Of a stretch of DNA of 64,000 nucleotides, positions 40,606-54,300 are shown one piece after another (position 1 is the stretch's first letter; each line of letters starts with the position of its first letter). The translations under genes were made by a program, and so were the position numbers. The notes beneath the pieces were generated by a model. It made no database searches. It had not been told where the DNA came from and saw nothing but the letters and a program-made list of their open reading frames with translations. Source of the DNA: Eledone cirrhosa (Eukaryota); NCBI GenBank assembly GCA_964016885.1, contig OZ024743.1, forward strand, positions 144,894,001 to 144,958,000, written 5' to 3'.

Positions 40606-41377
40606 GTATACATACATACATACATACATACATACATACATACATACATACATACATACATGCATATGTATACATACGTACGTATTTATGCGTGTACGTG
40701 TATGTGTGCAAGTATGTATGTATGTATGTATGTATGTATGTATGTATGTATGTATGTATGTATGTATGTCAGGTCTCTCTTCAGCACTACTGGTAACATG
40801 TATCCCAGTACAACCTGTCCCATGGTCGGGTCGTTGGCGACTAAACTGGCAACCCCACCAAGGTTTCTTGGTGAGGAGGGGGACTTTGGACATCCTGCAG
40901 GACTAAAAACAAAACCTGTCAAAGGGCAAAGGATCTCTTAAGAGTCAATGGCCATCCAAAATCACCGGGAGAGATGACCCTTTAGTCTTTGTCAAGACAG
41001 AATTCTAGGAGAAGGAAAACTCTGATATAACACCTGCAACTCGGATGGTATCCAATGATGTTGACTTGTTCTTCTTTTTGGTAAATATCATCTTGGTTAA
41101 GAGAGTGGGACTGGCTTTGCGCAGTGCCTTTGCTCACTATAAAAGCTTCACGGCACAGGCATTGCTTTATATCTGGAGATCTCTCTGCACTTGTCATTAC
41201 ATGGTACCATGGGCCCAGCACTATGTGTCAATAATTGTCACAAGTGTAGTGTTTGTACCAGAGTTTTCAAGTCGCTGGCTGGACTAAAAAGTCACACTCG
41301 TTCAGCCCATCGGTAGGGGTTCTCCTACATGGGTATAAAGTAGTGGCCGTACTCGAAAACGAGTTGGCAGCCACCAC

Positions 41378-41378
<1 letters not shown>
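40013..41378. mobile_element. Two oppositely oriented copies (40013-40541, 40769-41378) of a (TACA)n-associated non-coding element; further copies at 43370-43515, 54846-55153 and 55184-55420
   Basis: Shared termini tcaggtctctcttcagcactactgg and gagttggcagccacca. Most copies abut (CATA)n/(TATG)n. Confidence 0.75.
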
Positions 41379-41408
<30 letters not shown>

Positions 41409-41473
41409 TGTATGTATGTATGTATGTATGTATGTATGTATGTATGTATGTATGTATGTATGTATGTATGTGA

Positions 41474-41710
41474 AGGCGCGTGGCTGAGTGGCTAGATAAT
41501 TGGATTTGCAGTCGTGAGGTTGTGATTTCGATTCCCAGACCGGGAGATGCGTTATGTGCTTGAGCAAGGCATTTTATTTCATGCTACTCTTGGATTTGAG
41601 AGCGACAGATAGTCTTAGCAATTGGAAAGACCAATGGAAACATTGTTTCCTCGGTCCGATTTGATGAGCTCCACCCCATTCATTAAGCGAATGAGGTCTG
41701 GGATCTTGTT
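41474..41710 (+). mobile_element. Second tRNA-derived SINE family (also ~39783-39960, ~45826-46040, ~48500-48700, ~63280-63500 minus)
   Basis: ggcgcgtggctgagtggcta A-box and gatttcgattccc B-box, followed by tgtgcttgagcaaggcattttatttc. Confidence 0.65.
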
Positions 41711-41789
41711 GATCGACTGTCGGTGTATGTGTGTATGTGTGTGTCTCTGTTTGTGTCTGTCTGTGCGTGTGTGTGTGTGTCTGTGTGTG

Positions 41790-41820
<31 letters not shown>

Positions 41821-41972
41821 ATCACCGAGACTATAAGCAAATATTTGTAAATCGATGCAGAAGTGAAGCAACAGTATAACTTGCTATAAGTACAGTCACT
41901 TAATTTCACAACAACAAAACAAATAGAAACTTTTCTACATATTTGGCACTCTATCACTCTCTAAAAGTACTG

Positions 41973-42057
<85 letters not shown>

Positions 42058-42059
<2 letters not shown>

Positions 42060-42253
42060 CGAAGGAAATGTGGTAAGGAACCAGGTGGACCATAACACAC
42101 CAAAGTACTCAATACTTGAGGTAGTAGAGTGGGTAATAGGAACCAGTAAGACCCCGACAGCTGAGCTCAAGCCGTTTCGACGGCTAATTCTGGACTCAGT
42201 CCAGAATTAGCCGTCGAAACGGCTTGAGCTCAGCTGTCGGGGTCTTACTGGTT

Positions 42254-42306
<53 letters not shown>

Positions 42307-43336
42307 ATATATAACGAAGGAAATGTGGTAAGGAACCAGGTGGACCATAGTCTTTGATAGATTTGGCGGACTCCGCCCTTTATAGCAGTTGGCTTAGACC
42401 CCGGATACTTTCCCCCTTTTTCCGACCGCTCCCACTATTCTCTGTGCCCTCTATATTTCTTAGTGGCACTTATGCCTTATTTTTTCGTTTCAGTATTTCT
42501 TGCTTCGCTTTTCTTCTGGGCGGGGTGGATTCTGAATTTATTTCTCCGTATTCTACCTTTATTTCGTACGAACTTTCATGTAGCTTGTTTTAGATCTTTT
42601 AGAGTTAGCATTAGTATATATTTTTCCCGGGACTCAGAATTATTATCTCGTACAAGTTCACTTTGCTGCACTGGGTCGTTGCTGGCCCGGGATGGAAACC
42701 TTTATTGTTTATTTCGTGGTAGTCTCTTTAGTATTTTGGCCCCTTTTGTTGACCCGTCACCGTATCATTTAAGTACTTATACCTCTTAAAAGGGTCCTTG
42801 CCTTATCCGTCCCACCTAGTTCTCTTACTTATTTCCTTATTTATTTATTTATTTATTTATTTACTTCTTTCTTTCTTTCTTTATTTTATTCTCGCCTAAC
42901 AATAGCCTGACACCTAGGTCGTTGAATTTAATTTACTTTACTTTTTCTTTTTCTTTACACTTATTTGCTTTTCTTCACTCTCAGTATTTTTTCTTTCCTA
43001 TTTCTACCCCCCATTGTTCTACCTACCGTTCCGACTTCCCCCCCTCCCCCTCCCCTGTATCTTCTTTGACCTCATGCCAAGCTGTAGCTGGCACTACCAA
43101 CGCTTGATTGGGTCTACTCCACCCCCTCCCCTCTTTCTCCTACTGGCAGGTTTAGCCACCATCTCCCCTACTAATTTGCAACCACAGAATTACTACTGAT
43201 TTTTGACAATCACTTTGACCATATATGGAATTACCCCTTGAGAAGATCGGCTATTTAAATACCAGGATAAATTTTCATTTAGTCCAGAATTAGCCGTCGA
43301 AACGGCTTGAGCTCAGCTGTCGGGGTCTTACTGGTT

Positions 43337-43340
<4 letters not shown>
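42058..43340. mobile_element. Family B cluster: fold-back 42058-42257 plus a ~1-kb element 42313-43340 ending in a U3-A8 long-stem-II HHR (43233-43326, plus)
   Basis: acccc TTGAGAA gatcggcta..37 nt..tagccgtc GAAA cggc..gctG TC ggggt. Confidence 0.72.
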
Positions 43341-43371
<31 letters not shown>

Positions 43372-43532
43372 CTTTTTGGTAAATATCATCTTGGTTAAGA
43401 GAGTGGGACTGGCTTTGTGCAGTGCCTTTGCTCACTATAAAAGCTTCACGGCACAGGCATTGCTTTATATCTGGAGCTCTCTCTGCACTTGTCGTCACAT
43501 GGTACCATGGCCCAGTGTTTTCTATACCTTTC

Positions 43533-43592
<60 letters not shown>

Positions 43593-43799
43593 CACAAGAA
43601 TCAAAGCTATGTTCAAAGCATTTATTCACTTATAATTGTTTCATCCAAACCTAGGCTTGGAGTCTTCGGACCATTTTTCAATGCTTGTACATATAATTGA
43701 CCTCATATCCAACGCAAGAGACATACAGATACATATATATATATATTGTTGTACAGTGGAGTGGCTAGTTTAAAATATACATAACTATAAATAGTATCC

Positions 43800-43856
<57 letters not shown>

Positions 43857-44053
43857 AATGAAAGTACAGCATATTCGAAGCTCGGGCTGCAGCTAAGCCG
43901 ACGAATGCTTTCAGCAGTGCAGCCAAGCACTCGACAAGGTATAAAACCTAAGAGTAATAACATACAGTTTAAAGGGCTTTGCTAATTGAAGATAGCGACC
44001 GGTAATTCAGACGCGGGGTCCGTAGCGACGAAAGAACTGACTCGCGAGAAAAA

Positions 44054-44088
<35 letters not shown>

Positions 44089-44093
<5 letters not shown>

Positions 44094-44421
44094 AAAAAGG
44101 GATGAAATCGAAAATGCAACTGAAGTCTTATTTTTTTTAAAATATATATATTTATTTGGTTCCTTTACCGGTTTCGCAGTTCTTCTGCTTTTCAAAAGGT
44201 GAGTTGAGATGGAGGGTCTGTGGTTTTTCTCACAGATCCTCCATCTCAACTCACCCTTTGAAAAGCAGAAGAACTGCGAAACCGGTAAAGGAACCAAATA
44301 AATATATATATTTAAAAAAAAATAAGACTTCAGTTGCATTTTCGATTTCATCCCTTTTTCTTTATACTTCCACTCGTGTAGGACACCTCGGTTATTTTTC
44401 ATTTTGTAAAAAAAACCTCAC

Positions 44422-44427
<6 letters not shown>
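44089..44427. mobile_element. Family M fold-back with two minimal U3-A8 HHRs (minus 44162-44199, plus 44254-44291)
   Basis: cctt TTGAAAA gcag-aagaa-ctgc GAAA CCG GTA aagg, with palindromic stem III ACCGGT. Confidence 0.75.
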
Positions 44428-44483
<56 letters not shown>

Positions 44484-44538
44484 TGGGGGGGGGGGGTATA
44501 TATATATGTGTGAGTGTGTGTATATTCTCCATCTTCTT

Positions 44539-44597
<59 letters not shown>

Positions 44598-44633
44598 GAA
44601 TGGAGTGAAGTCAAATTGCTAATAAAAATACAA

Positions 44634-44679
<46 letters not shown>

Positions 44680-44681
<2 letters not shown>

Positions 44682-45217
44682 AAAGTTCTATTTAAATTGT
44701 TGCGATACAACAAGCAAATATTTTTATAACTGATATAAAGCACTCGACAAGTATTTGGAGTAAATATACGATATTAACAAATGGAAACTATATTTATAAA
44801 ACCATATCTATTTTATTATACATATTTCAAGGATACCATGTTAAATTATGGTATGCTTTCATCAGACAAAATACAATATATACCAGTTTTATAAATAAAT
44901 ATTGACATACCCTTTCAAAATGCTACCGTTACTTTTGGAAGACATCAGGATAGTGAATTTGTTTACTTATTAGTAATCGTTGTGTTACGGAGAACACAAC
45001 ACTCCGTAACACAACGACTTACTAATAAGTAAACAAATTCACTATCCTGATGTCTTCCAAAAGTAACGGTTGCATTTTGAAAGGGTACGTCAATGTTTAT
45101 TTATAAAACTGGTATATATTGTATTTTGTCTGATGAAAGCATACCATAATTTAACAGGGTATCCTTGAAATATGTATAATAAAATAGATATGGTTTTATA
45201 AATATAGTTTCCATTTG

Positions 45218-45222
<5 letters not shown>
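44680..45222. mobile_element. Family N fold-back (~225-bp arms) with HHRs at 44809-44873 (minus) and 45122-45186 (plus)
   Basis: tattttgt CTGATGA aagcatacc..ggtatcctt GAAA tatgta TA ataaaata. Pivot at ~44992-45002. Confidence 0.78.
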
Positions 45223-45251
<29 letters not shown>

Positions 45252-45261
45252 ATATATATAT

Positions 45262-45446
45262 AACGGAGGAGTTGTAGTAAAGAACCAGATGGACCATAAC
45301 GCACTAGAGTACTCAATACTTAGGGTAGTAGAGTGGGTAATAGGAAAAAGTTTAACCCCGACGGCAGAGCTCAAGCCGTTTCGACGGCTATTTCCCGAAA
45401 TAGCAGTCGAAACGGCTTGAGCTCTGCTGTCGGGGTTAAACTTTTT

Positions 45447-45450
<4 letters not shown>
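45262..45450. mobile_element. Family B fold-back element
   Basis: Palindrome at 45340-45450 plus tail. Confidence 0.75.
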
Positions 45451-45504
<54 letters not shown>

Positions 45505-45508
45505 CGCC

Positions 45509-45541
<33 letters not shown>

Positions 45542-46076
45542 GTCTGTTCTCTGAAAGATGTATCTATATGTATCTATATGTGTCATGAAGGCTGTAGCCT
45601 TTGGTTGGTTAATCGCTTTGTATGTAAAGTTGCTATAAATTAAGTCATTTAAGTTTAACAGTAAAAAACATAAACGAGAACGCTTTTCCCACGTATTTGG
45701 CACTAATGTAACACCTCGTACCACTAGTTATGCAAACACACACACACACACATACACACACACTCACACACTCACACACTCACACACGCACATATATATA
45801 TGCCTAGACACACATACAATTAGTGAAGGCACGTTTTGCTCATGTCTTTCGAAAGGTCAGGAGTTCGATTTCCTGAACGGGCGGCACTTTGCAACCTTGG
45901 ACAAGACACTAAATATCACGTTGCTCCTGTTCACTCAACTGGAAAAAATGACTTGCGACAACACTGGTGCCAAATTGTATTGGCCTTTTACTTTTCTTTG
46001 AACAACACATTTGGTGGGAAGAGCGTAGAATGTCATGCATGAGCGACTGTTGGTCTTTCACAGAACACTTTGTTAA

Positions 46077-46297
46077 CCCACTAGCATTTAAACCGGCCAT
46101 ATTCGGCCAGAATTCTCTCACCTCTTTATGTTCAAAATGGCCATAACAGACCACTCATACTTATGTTAAGGTATTGTTCTCAAACTAAATAATATCAAAA
46201 TCTTGTAGATTCGATATTGTGTGATAATTATGTGAGGTAAAGCCTTTACTGGGAAAATATAACAAAACATATATAGAGTAATATAAACGCTAAAGGG
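46077..46297. mobile_element. piggyBac-type MITE with TTAA target duplication
   Basis: TTAA|cccactagcattta ... taaacgctaaaggg|TTAA. Confidence 0.7.
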
Positions 46298-47234
46298 TTA
46301 AGGCTTGTGCCTTGAAGAGGAACTTTCCAGATGCTAATCCATGGTCAGTCATGACCGAAGGGAGCCTCTTAATAGAAATACATGCATCGATATACAAGCC
46401 AACACTTACTAGATCTAAATACATACATACTAACGTGCATATACCTCTCGAGCGCACGTGTATCTGCTTGCTTGTATGAATGTTTTTTTTTTATTCATTA
46501 TATTAATTGTGAAATGCACAGGTGGATTGATAAGTCGTAAAGCATCAACCAAAAATCTTTTGTAGTATTTTGATTATAACTTTGAACGATCTATGTTCAA
46601 ATCTTGTCAGAGTTGAATTTTTCCCTGATTATTCGAGGATAAAGAATAAAATAGTAGAGTTGTTATTAAATGCAGAGAGAGATAGGTTCCGCTAGGTTTA
46701 AAACTCCAGCAAGAATTAAGGGCTAAAAGGAAAGGATTCCAGGATAGATAAATATAAGTACCAATCAATTAATGAAAGGATTCGATATAATTGAGTGCCT
46801 CTTTGCTATAAATTTGATCTTCATAAAGATCCGAGAGATCGACTATGCTTATACGATGTTTGTTCACATTTAAAAGCTGTGATTCAGCTTCCTTATTTAT
46901 GACAGCAAGAGTTGTCACGCTCCGTTGGCTTAATCGTTCAAGCGCCTAGCCGTTATCCGAGAGATACGTGATTCGATTCATCGTAGTGGCCAATAGCAAT
47001 TTCCTTTTCTGTCTCTAAGTACCTTCACCCTATTTTATAAGCTATTTAATAGCATATCCGTGCATAAGCACTCCACTTATTATATTAACTTTATCCCTTC
47101 AGCACTTTGTAAAAGTTCGAGATATCGGTTACGTATAAGCAATTTAAGTTTTAAAAAAATAACAGAAAAAAAAATGACGAACTAACAAACTACTTTTCTG
47201 TATATTACGTAATCAGGCAACACCAAATACCACA

Positions 47235-47512
<278 letters not shown>

Positions 47513-47519
47513 GTATTTA

Positions 47520-47655
47520 TGTGTCGGGTCCAATCGGGGTAACCACAGTAAATAAGGTACTCAATACATAGAAAAGTATAAATATTTAATATAGAAATGG
47601 CTTCTACAAGACTAGAACGGTTTCGTTCAAAGAAGGAAATCATCAGGATTTCCTT
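47520..47655 (-). mobile_element. Diverged family A element with HHR core
   Basis: Minus strand reads CTGATGA tttccttctttgaac GAAA ccgttctagtctt GTA gaa. Stem I is weak. Confidence 0.55.
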
Positions 47656-47743
47656 TGTATATGGGAAGCTGCTTTATACTAAATCATTTAAGATTGACAA
47701 TAAAAATAAAAACAACAAAAGAGACTCTGTGCTCATATTAGAA

Positions 47744-48340
47744 GGTGGATTAGCAGTATCAGTAGAGGGTCGGACGCCATGCATTCCAGCATAGTTACGT
47801 CCCTTTACGATCTGAGTTCAAATCCCGCCGAGGTTGACTTTGCCTTTCATCCTTACGGGGTCGATAAAATAAAGTACCAGTAATGCACTGGGTAATTGCT
47901 GGCCTTGTGCCTAAAGTAGAGACAATTATATCAAATAAAAGGGCGGTAGATTGGCAGAATCGGTAGAGGATCGGACGTCATGCTTTGAGGCATAGAGTTA
48001 CGGCCCTTGCCATTCTGAGTTCAAATCCCGCCGAGGTTAACTTTGCCTTTCATCCTTACGGGGTCGATAAAATAAAGTACCAGTAATGCACTAGGTAATT
48101 GCTGGCCTTGTGCCTAAAGTAGAGACAATTATATCAAATAAAAGGGTGGTAGATTGGCAGAATCGGTAGAGGATCGGATGTTATGCTTTGAGGCATAGAG
48201 TTACGGCCCTTGCCATTCTGAGTTCAAATCCCGCCGAGGTTAACTTTGCCTTTCATCCTTACGGGGTCGATAAAATAAAGTACCAGTGATGCACTGATAT
48301 AATTGCTGGCCTTGCGCCAAAAGTAGAAACAATTATATCA
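47744..48340 (+). mobile_element. Three Meta-type SINEs in tandem (period ~203 bp)
   Basis: B-box ctgagttcaaatccc at 47812, 48015 and 48218. The spacer tatatcaaataaaaggg is repeated. Confidence 0.9.
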
Positions 48341-48964
48341 AATAATCATACTTGTGCGTAATAATTCTCACATTGATGCGTGAAATGCTCTTGCTGGTGT
48401 GGTGCAGGGTTCAGTGTTCGAGATCCGACAATTTAGGTAAAACATGCACTTTCATATATGTGAAAGTGCATACCTTAGTTATTGCAGAGTTGGTTTTACA
48501 ATAGTTTTACAAAGTTCGATTTACGGACCGGTCGATACGATGTGTCCTTGAGAAAGACACTTTATTTCACGAGGATCCAGTTCACTCGGCTGCTGCAGAA
48601 ATGAGTTGTGACGTCACTGATGCCGAGCTGAGTTGGCATTTGCCTTGTCTTTGGACTACATCGTTTTCTGATGCATGAAGGATTTTAAAAATCTACTGTT
48701 TTAGAGTTGGCTCCTTCTGCGCAGATGCGGTACTATAGTCAATGAGGGTTATCCGAGGCGTGGTTATTGCTAGTTGAAAACTAAAAAAAAAAAACTAAAC
48801 TAAATTAACTCTGCTTTTACAAACGTTCACATACATAATATTGAACAGGGACTGTATTCTTTCGACAATGCCTTATATTATTAAAGTGCTCAATCCTTGT
48901 GATGACATGGCACCTATGCATGCCACCTTAACATGGTGTCCTCCACTTATGACGGTACACAGAC

Positions 48965-49071
<107 letters not shown>

Positions 49072-49523
49072 TGTGTGTATGTGTATATATATATAAAACA
49101 GTATTAAACTAGTTAAACCATTATTCAACAGAGTACGTATTCGATACTTGAGTTAGTAGACTGTCTGAAACTAGCTGTCGAAACGGCAAGAGCTCAGCCG
49201 TCGGGCTCCGACACGTTCCAATGTATATATATATATATATCATAAATTATGTCCTTAGAATTATTAGATAAAATTTATATAATTTCTTCTCCCAATTAGC
49301 ATAATTAACCATACAAAAAATCAATTAGACCAGGCTATAAGAATAAAGGCTCCTATGAAGAAATATTAGATAAATAACCGAAAGCAGCCTCTTCGCGGTT
49401 GACCACAATAGAGTATTTACCCAACATTTCAACAGCATGTAGAAACTGACAAAATATATCGTCAACCAAACACAATTAGGTATAAATTTAAAGTTAGAAG
49501 AAACGTGTACATACCGTAATTAA

Positions 49524-49600
49524 ATCCCTACCATGGTTTCGTTCGTATTTTGAGATATCCTATTAAGGATAAATCTCGAGTATCGAACTCATCAGGAGAC
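49524..49600 (-). ncRNA. Type I hammerhead ribozyme with extended stem II, in element 49241-49885 (related fragment at 22797-22998)
   Basis: gtctc CTGATGA gttcg..long hairpin..cgaac GAAA CCATG GTA gggat, with palindromic stem III ACCATGGT. Confidence 0.82.
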
Positions 49601-49990
49601 AAACTCAATAGGACAGTTAATTTTCCAAAGCGATCCCGCCAGAAATAGATTAAAAAAATGGCTAAGAATCGTGACGTGGTCAAGTTAGAAAAAATGTGAT
49701 TAGTTGCTTACGGCGAGTAGGCTGGTTGCTAGAAAGCGCAGCCCAATATCGCCCAAATTGCATCTCAACCTAATGGGAGATTATTAAATATAAAGATTTA
49801 CACATATATATATATATATATGTTTTATCTAATAATATATATATATTTTATCTAATAATTCTAAGGACATAATTTATGATATATTGGTCTGATTATTTAA
49901 TTTATTAATTCTTCATTGAGCCACATCGTGAACGGTTGCCACATATATATCGGTGACTTTATATATATATATATGTAAATCTTTATATTT

Positions 49991-50022
<32 letters not shown>

Positions 50023-50096
50023 AATAAATTTGAAGACTAAAATCCAAAGAGGGCTCGATAAGGATAAATATATATCAAATATATAAGAATCGTATA

Positions 50097-50594
<498 letters not shown>

Positions 50595-50700
50595 ATATAT
50601 ATATATACTGAAGTAAAAGTTAAGTGGAAATATCCAAGAGTAAAAGCACTGAGTCCAAGGGACGAGTTTATTATAAATAATTACAACAGCAGGAACTCAA

Positions 50701-50785
<85 letters not shown>

Positions 50786-50967
50786 GTTTGTATGTGTATA
50801 TATATATTAGTGTGTGTGTGTGTGTGTTACTATATTGAAGGCATAATTTTGTATAAGTTTAATTGGTTTTTATTAAGGAATTTTTATTAAGGAATTTTCA
50901 TATTTCTTTATTTTGCAACGTCGCAGGTTTTCATAACGTTCTTGACCTTATCACCTGAATAAAATGA

Positions 50968-51145
50968 TAATAATTGTTTCGACTTTTGGCACAAGGCCAG
51001 CAATTATCCCAGTGCGTTACTGGTACTTTATTTTATCAACCCCATGATGATGAAAGGCAAAGTTAACCTCGGCGGGATTTGAACTGAGATCGTAAAGGGC
51101 AGTAATTCTATGTTGCGAAGCATGGCGTCCGACCTTCTACCGATA
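50968..51145 (-). mobile_element. Meta-type SINE
   Basis: Reverse complement of the consensus. Confidence 0.85.
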
Positions 51146-51226
51146 ATGTACTGATCGCGCGTTTTATAAAAACGTGGAAATTGTACATACACACTACACA
51201 CACACACGCATACATGTATATATGTA

Positions 51227-51265
<39 letters not shown>

Positions 51266-51283
51266 CATTTCCAAGTTTTTATA

Positions 51284-51352
<69 letters not shown>

Positions 51353-51391
51353 ATGTATGTATGTATATATGTATGTATATATGTATATATC

Positions 51392-51435
<44 letters not shown>

Positions 51436-51443
51436 TATATGTA

Positions 51444-51476
<33 letters not shown>

Positions 51477-51481
<5 letters not shown>

Positions 51482-51654
51482 TGAGATTCTACAGGACTAG
51501 AACTGTTTCATTCTTTAGAAATCATCGATGATTTCTAAAGAATGAAACAGTTCTAGTCCTGTAGAATCTCATCTATTTTAAAACTTTTATACTCTGCAAT
51601 GTATTGAGTACCTTACTTACTGTGGTTACCTCCGATTCAACCCGGAATAACGTA

Positions 51655-51655
<1 letters not shown>
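51477..51655. mobile_element. Family A fold-back, pivot inside the HHR core
   Basis: Perfect palindrome centred on atcatcgatgat, plus tail. Confidence 0.78.
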
Positions 51656-51688
<33 letters not shown>

Positions 51689-52499
51689 TATATGTGTAAA
51701 TGAATATATGTATATATGAATATATATGTATATATGTATATATATGCCTGTCGATGAAGTGAGTCCCCTGTTCATGGAATACCACAAGCTTACGTGTTAC
51801 GTAAGTTGGATAGATGATTTCGTATTCATAGAAACATATCGGACGTATTGCAGAATATCGTCCGATCTGTCCAGGTCTGTTTTAACCTGATTAGTTCTTT
51901 CGTTGTTTTGGTATTGTATGGTTGGGTTTTGCCTGCCGCAATTTTCAATTTGTCAAGCTATTTAAACGTAACATTATTGAGTGCTTTGCTACTCATTCCT
52001 TATTGTAGGTCGACTTTGCTTGGCCACAGCCAAAGCTTCGATTTTACTAAGCTTCCACTTATATATATATATATAAAAGGAAAAAAAAACGGAGTTAAAG
52101 ACTCACGTTAATCCACTGTAATTCTAGGGCTCTTCTATATTATATAGAGAAGAAAATACAAAAAGGGGGTATGTTTTCAGTTACAAGGAGTATAGAACCA
52201 CTATAGTGAAGAATATACGATCTACGAAAAGTGGGGGAAATACGTAATAATCAAAAGGTAAAATTAAAATAAAAAAAAACTCACTTTTATAATTATAGAA
52301 CACCTGGACATGCCCCCAAAAAAGAGAATTTGTGCGTGTGCCTTTCTCGCACTGCTCAATAGCAGCTGTTCATGTTGATGAATAATTAAAAATACATAAT
52401 AAAATATCATATAAATAAATTGTGTGTGTAAATTATGTTAGAATTTTTTAACACTGGAAAACGTTAGCATACAAAATGGTGGTGACATTTTAGACATTT

Positions 52500-54300
52500 T
52501 CATTACGCAGTATCTTGTGTTTTTCTTCACAAAGTAGTGTACATGATAGAATAAATCAGTTGGGAAGAATAGACCTATTCAACGATTAATATTGGGAGCC
52601 ATTGATAGTTGTGGAATTGCAGAATGGTTAATGGCCGAATAGTGTCAGAAGATCTTAGCTTAATCTTTGTCACAGTGATGTTTTCATTTCCGTAACGATG
52701 TCGATGTCAATCATATGTACATGTAAATCGGTTATTTTAATTCCTATTTCATTGCAAAGTTAATCAGATCATTTAAATTTCGTTTTCAGTTTTCGGCTCT
52801 ACACCAAATTTACTGTTTTGGAACTCTGTTGAATTGTTATGCAAATGTTTTTCCTTGCAGGAATCAATGATTTTGTAAGTTACTGTTTCATCACCGAATA
52901 TGGTGATAATTACCTAATTTATAGAATCAACAACAGCATTAATTGTGGATAGTATTGCTCAGTTTGTGAAGTTTGCAGTATCCAGTGGACTGATAAAAAC
53001 TTGATATACCTTTTCTTGTTCAGTTGTTCCTTCTCTTCACCAATACGTAGCAGAAAAAAAAAGAGAAAGAAAAAAAAAATCAGCTTTTTCGTGGTCCTCT
53101 GGATTGCATATTCACGTAAGGTTTTATTTCGTCACTCATTTCCAAGATGAAAAATGGGTCATAACTATGTTGACAAAACCAGCTCTACCAGATGACATCG
53201 TCAAAATAGTGGTTATGCTCCATGTACATACTTCGACATTTGTGACAATAAATTCCAACAGATGAGACCAGTCTCAAATTATTTTTGCCAGTTTGATACC
53301 ATTGCTGCAAACAACGTTCTTGTTAATGGAAATTGTAACATGGAAAGGTGAATCAGTTGTATAACGACGGGTTTTATAACAATGCAGTCCTGTTGATGAA
53401 ATAGCGGTGACATTTTATCTAAATGTAGTCTCATATACTCAATAGGTGTTTGAAATCTTACAAACACTGGTTGTTGCAAGAACATAACATTTCAAAATGT
53501 ATTCCAACAGTTACGTATTATTTGTGGAAACAGCAGAAACAAGCATATGGAAATCATTGTGTTTCACATTATTGTGTTTCACATTGTTCTTCCAATATTA
53601 TCAGCATATGTACACTTGAAAGAACTCTCTTCTGGAATTCTTTTGAATAAACTAAACCTTTGATTTCCCAAGTGAATTCCTTTTAATATTTTTTAGCAAT
53701 TGTTTCAGCCACAAATAGAATACTATTGAGATCAAATTTAGCTGCTTTTGATGAGTTGTTATGCATCTCAAGCTTCATTTAAGACCAATTCAAATTATAT
53801 GTGAATGTAAGAATCATGCCTGACTTCCTGTACAGGTGAATATTGCTTATCGAGTCGTGAACACCCTTTTGTCGTACTTATGAGCCCTAATGGAGGAAGA
53901 CATAATCACAATATAGTTCCCGGTACGGCCAATTAGTTCATCAAGTCTTGATAACATTGTGCCATTGGTTCCTGCTTTAAATACATTCGAGCCGTCTTGC
54001 ATAACTGCAATAGTTACCAACAATTTCCTATCAATCAAAATGTTTAAAAATCATTGATTCGATGCATCATTATGTATGCATAATAGTTCATATGGGTAAC
54101 GTTTTGTTATTATTGTTACCCATAAGCATTATGCTTCAATCCTTTTCTCTTCTTGTTGGACAATTCTCTGAAAACATTGGTCAAGTTTATTTCAAACAAT
54201 GTCATGCTACCATTTTATCTTGTTCCAAGCAGAATAATTTCATCATAATTTCTTGCAGAATACGAATTTGAAATATTGGAATTATTGTTGCTAAGTAAAA
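52500..54300 (-). pseudogene. Possible highly decayed hAT-type transposase
   Basis: Non-repetitive AT-rich block with only vestigial minus-strand motifs in the expected order (CxAH-like ~53710, RWNS-like ~53505, SIP..ERxF-like ~52600). No open frame. Confidence 0.3.

Noticed and set aside
40769-40860. HDV-like ribozyme at the element terminus
   Set aside because: P2-, P3- and P4-like pairings and CUAA can be drawn, but no P1 3' strand fits, so it is not supportable by eye.
43860-44050. Structured-looking insert with TTGAAGA...GAAA
   Set aside because: Stems I-III could not be closed consistently.
46915-46995. tRNA-like sequence (also 25085-25160 and 23960-24025 on minus)
   Set aside because: A/B boxes are present but the cloverleaf stems are broken; these are SINE heads or pseudo-tRNAs.
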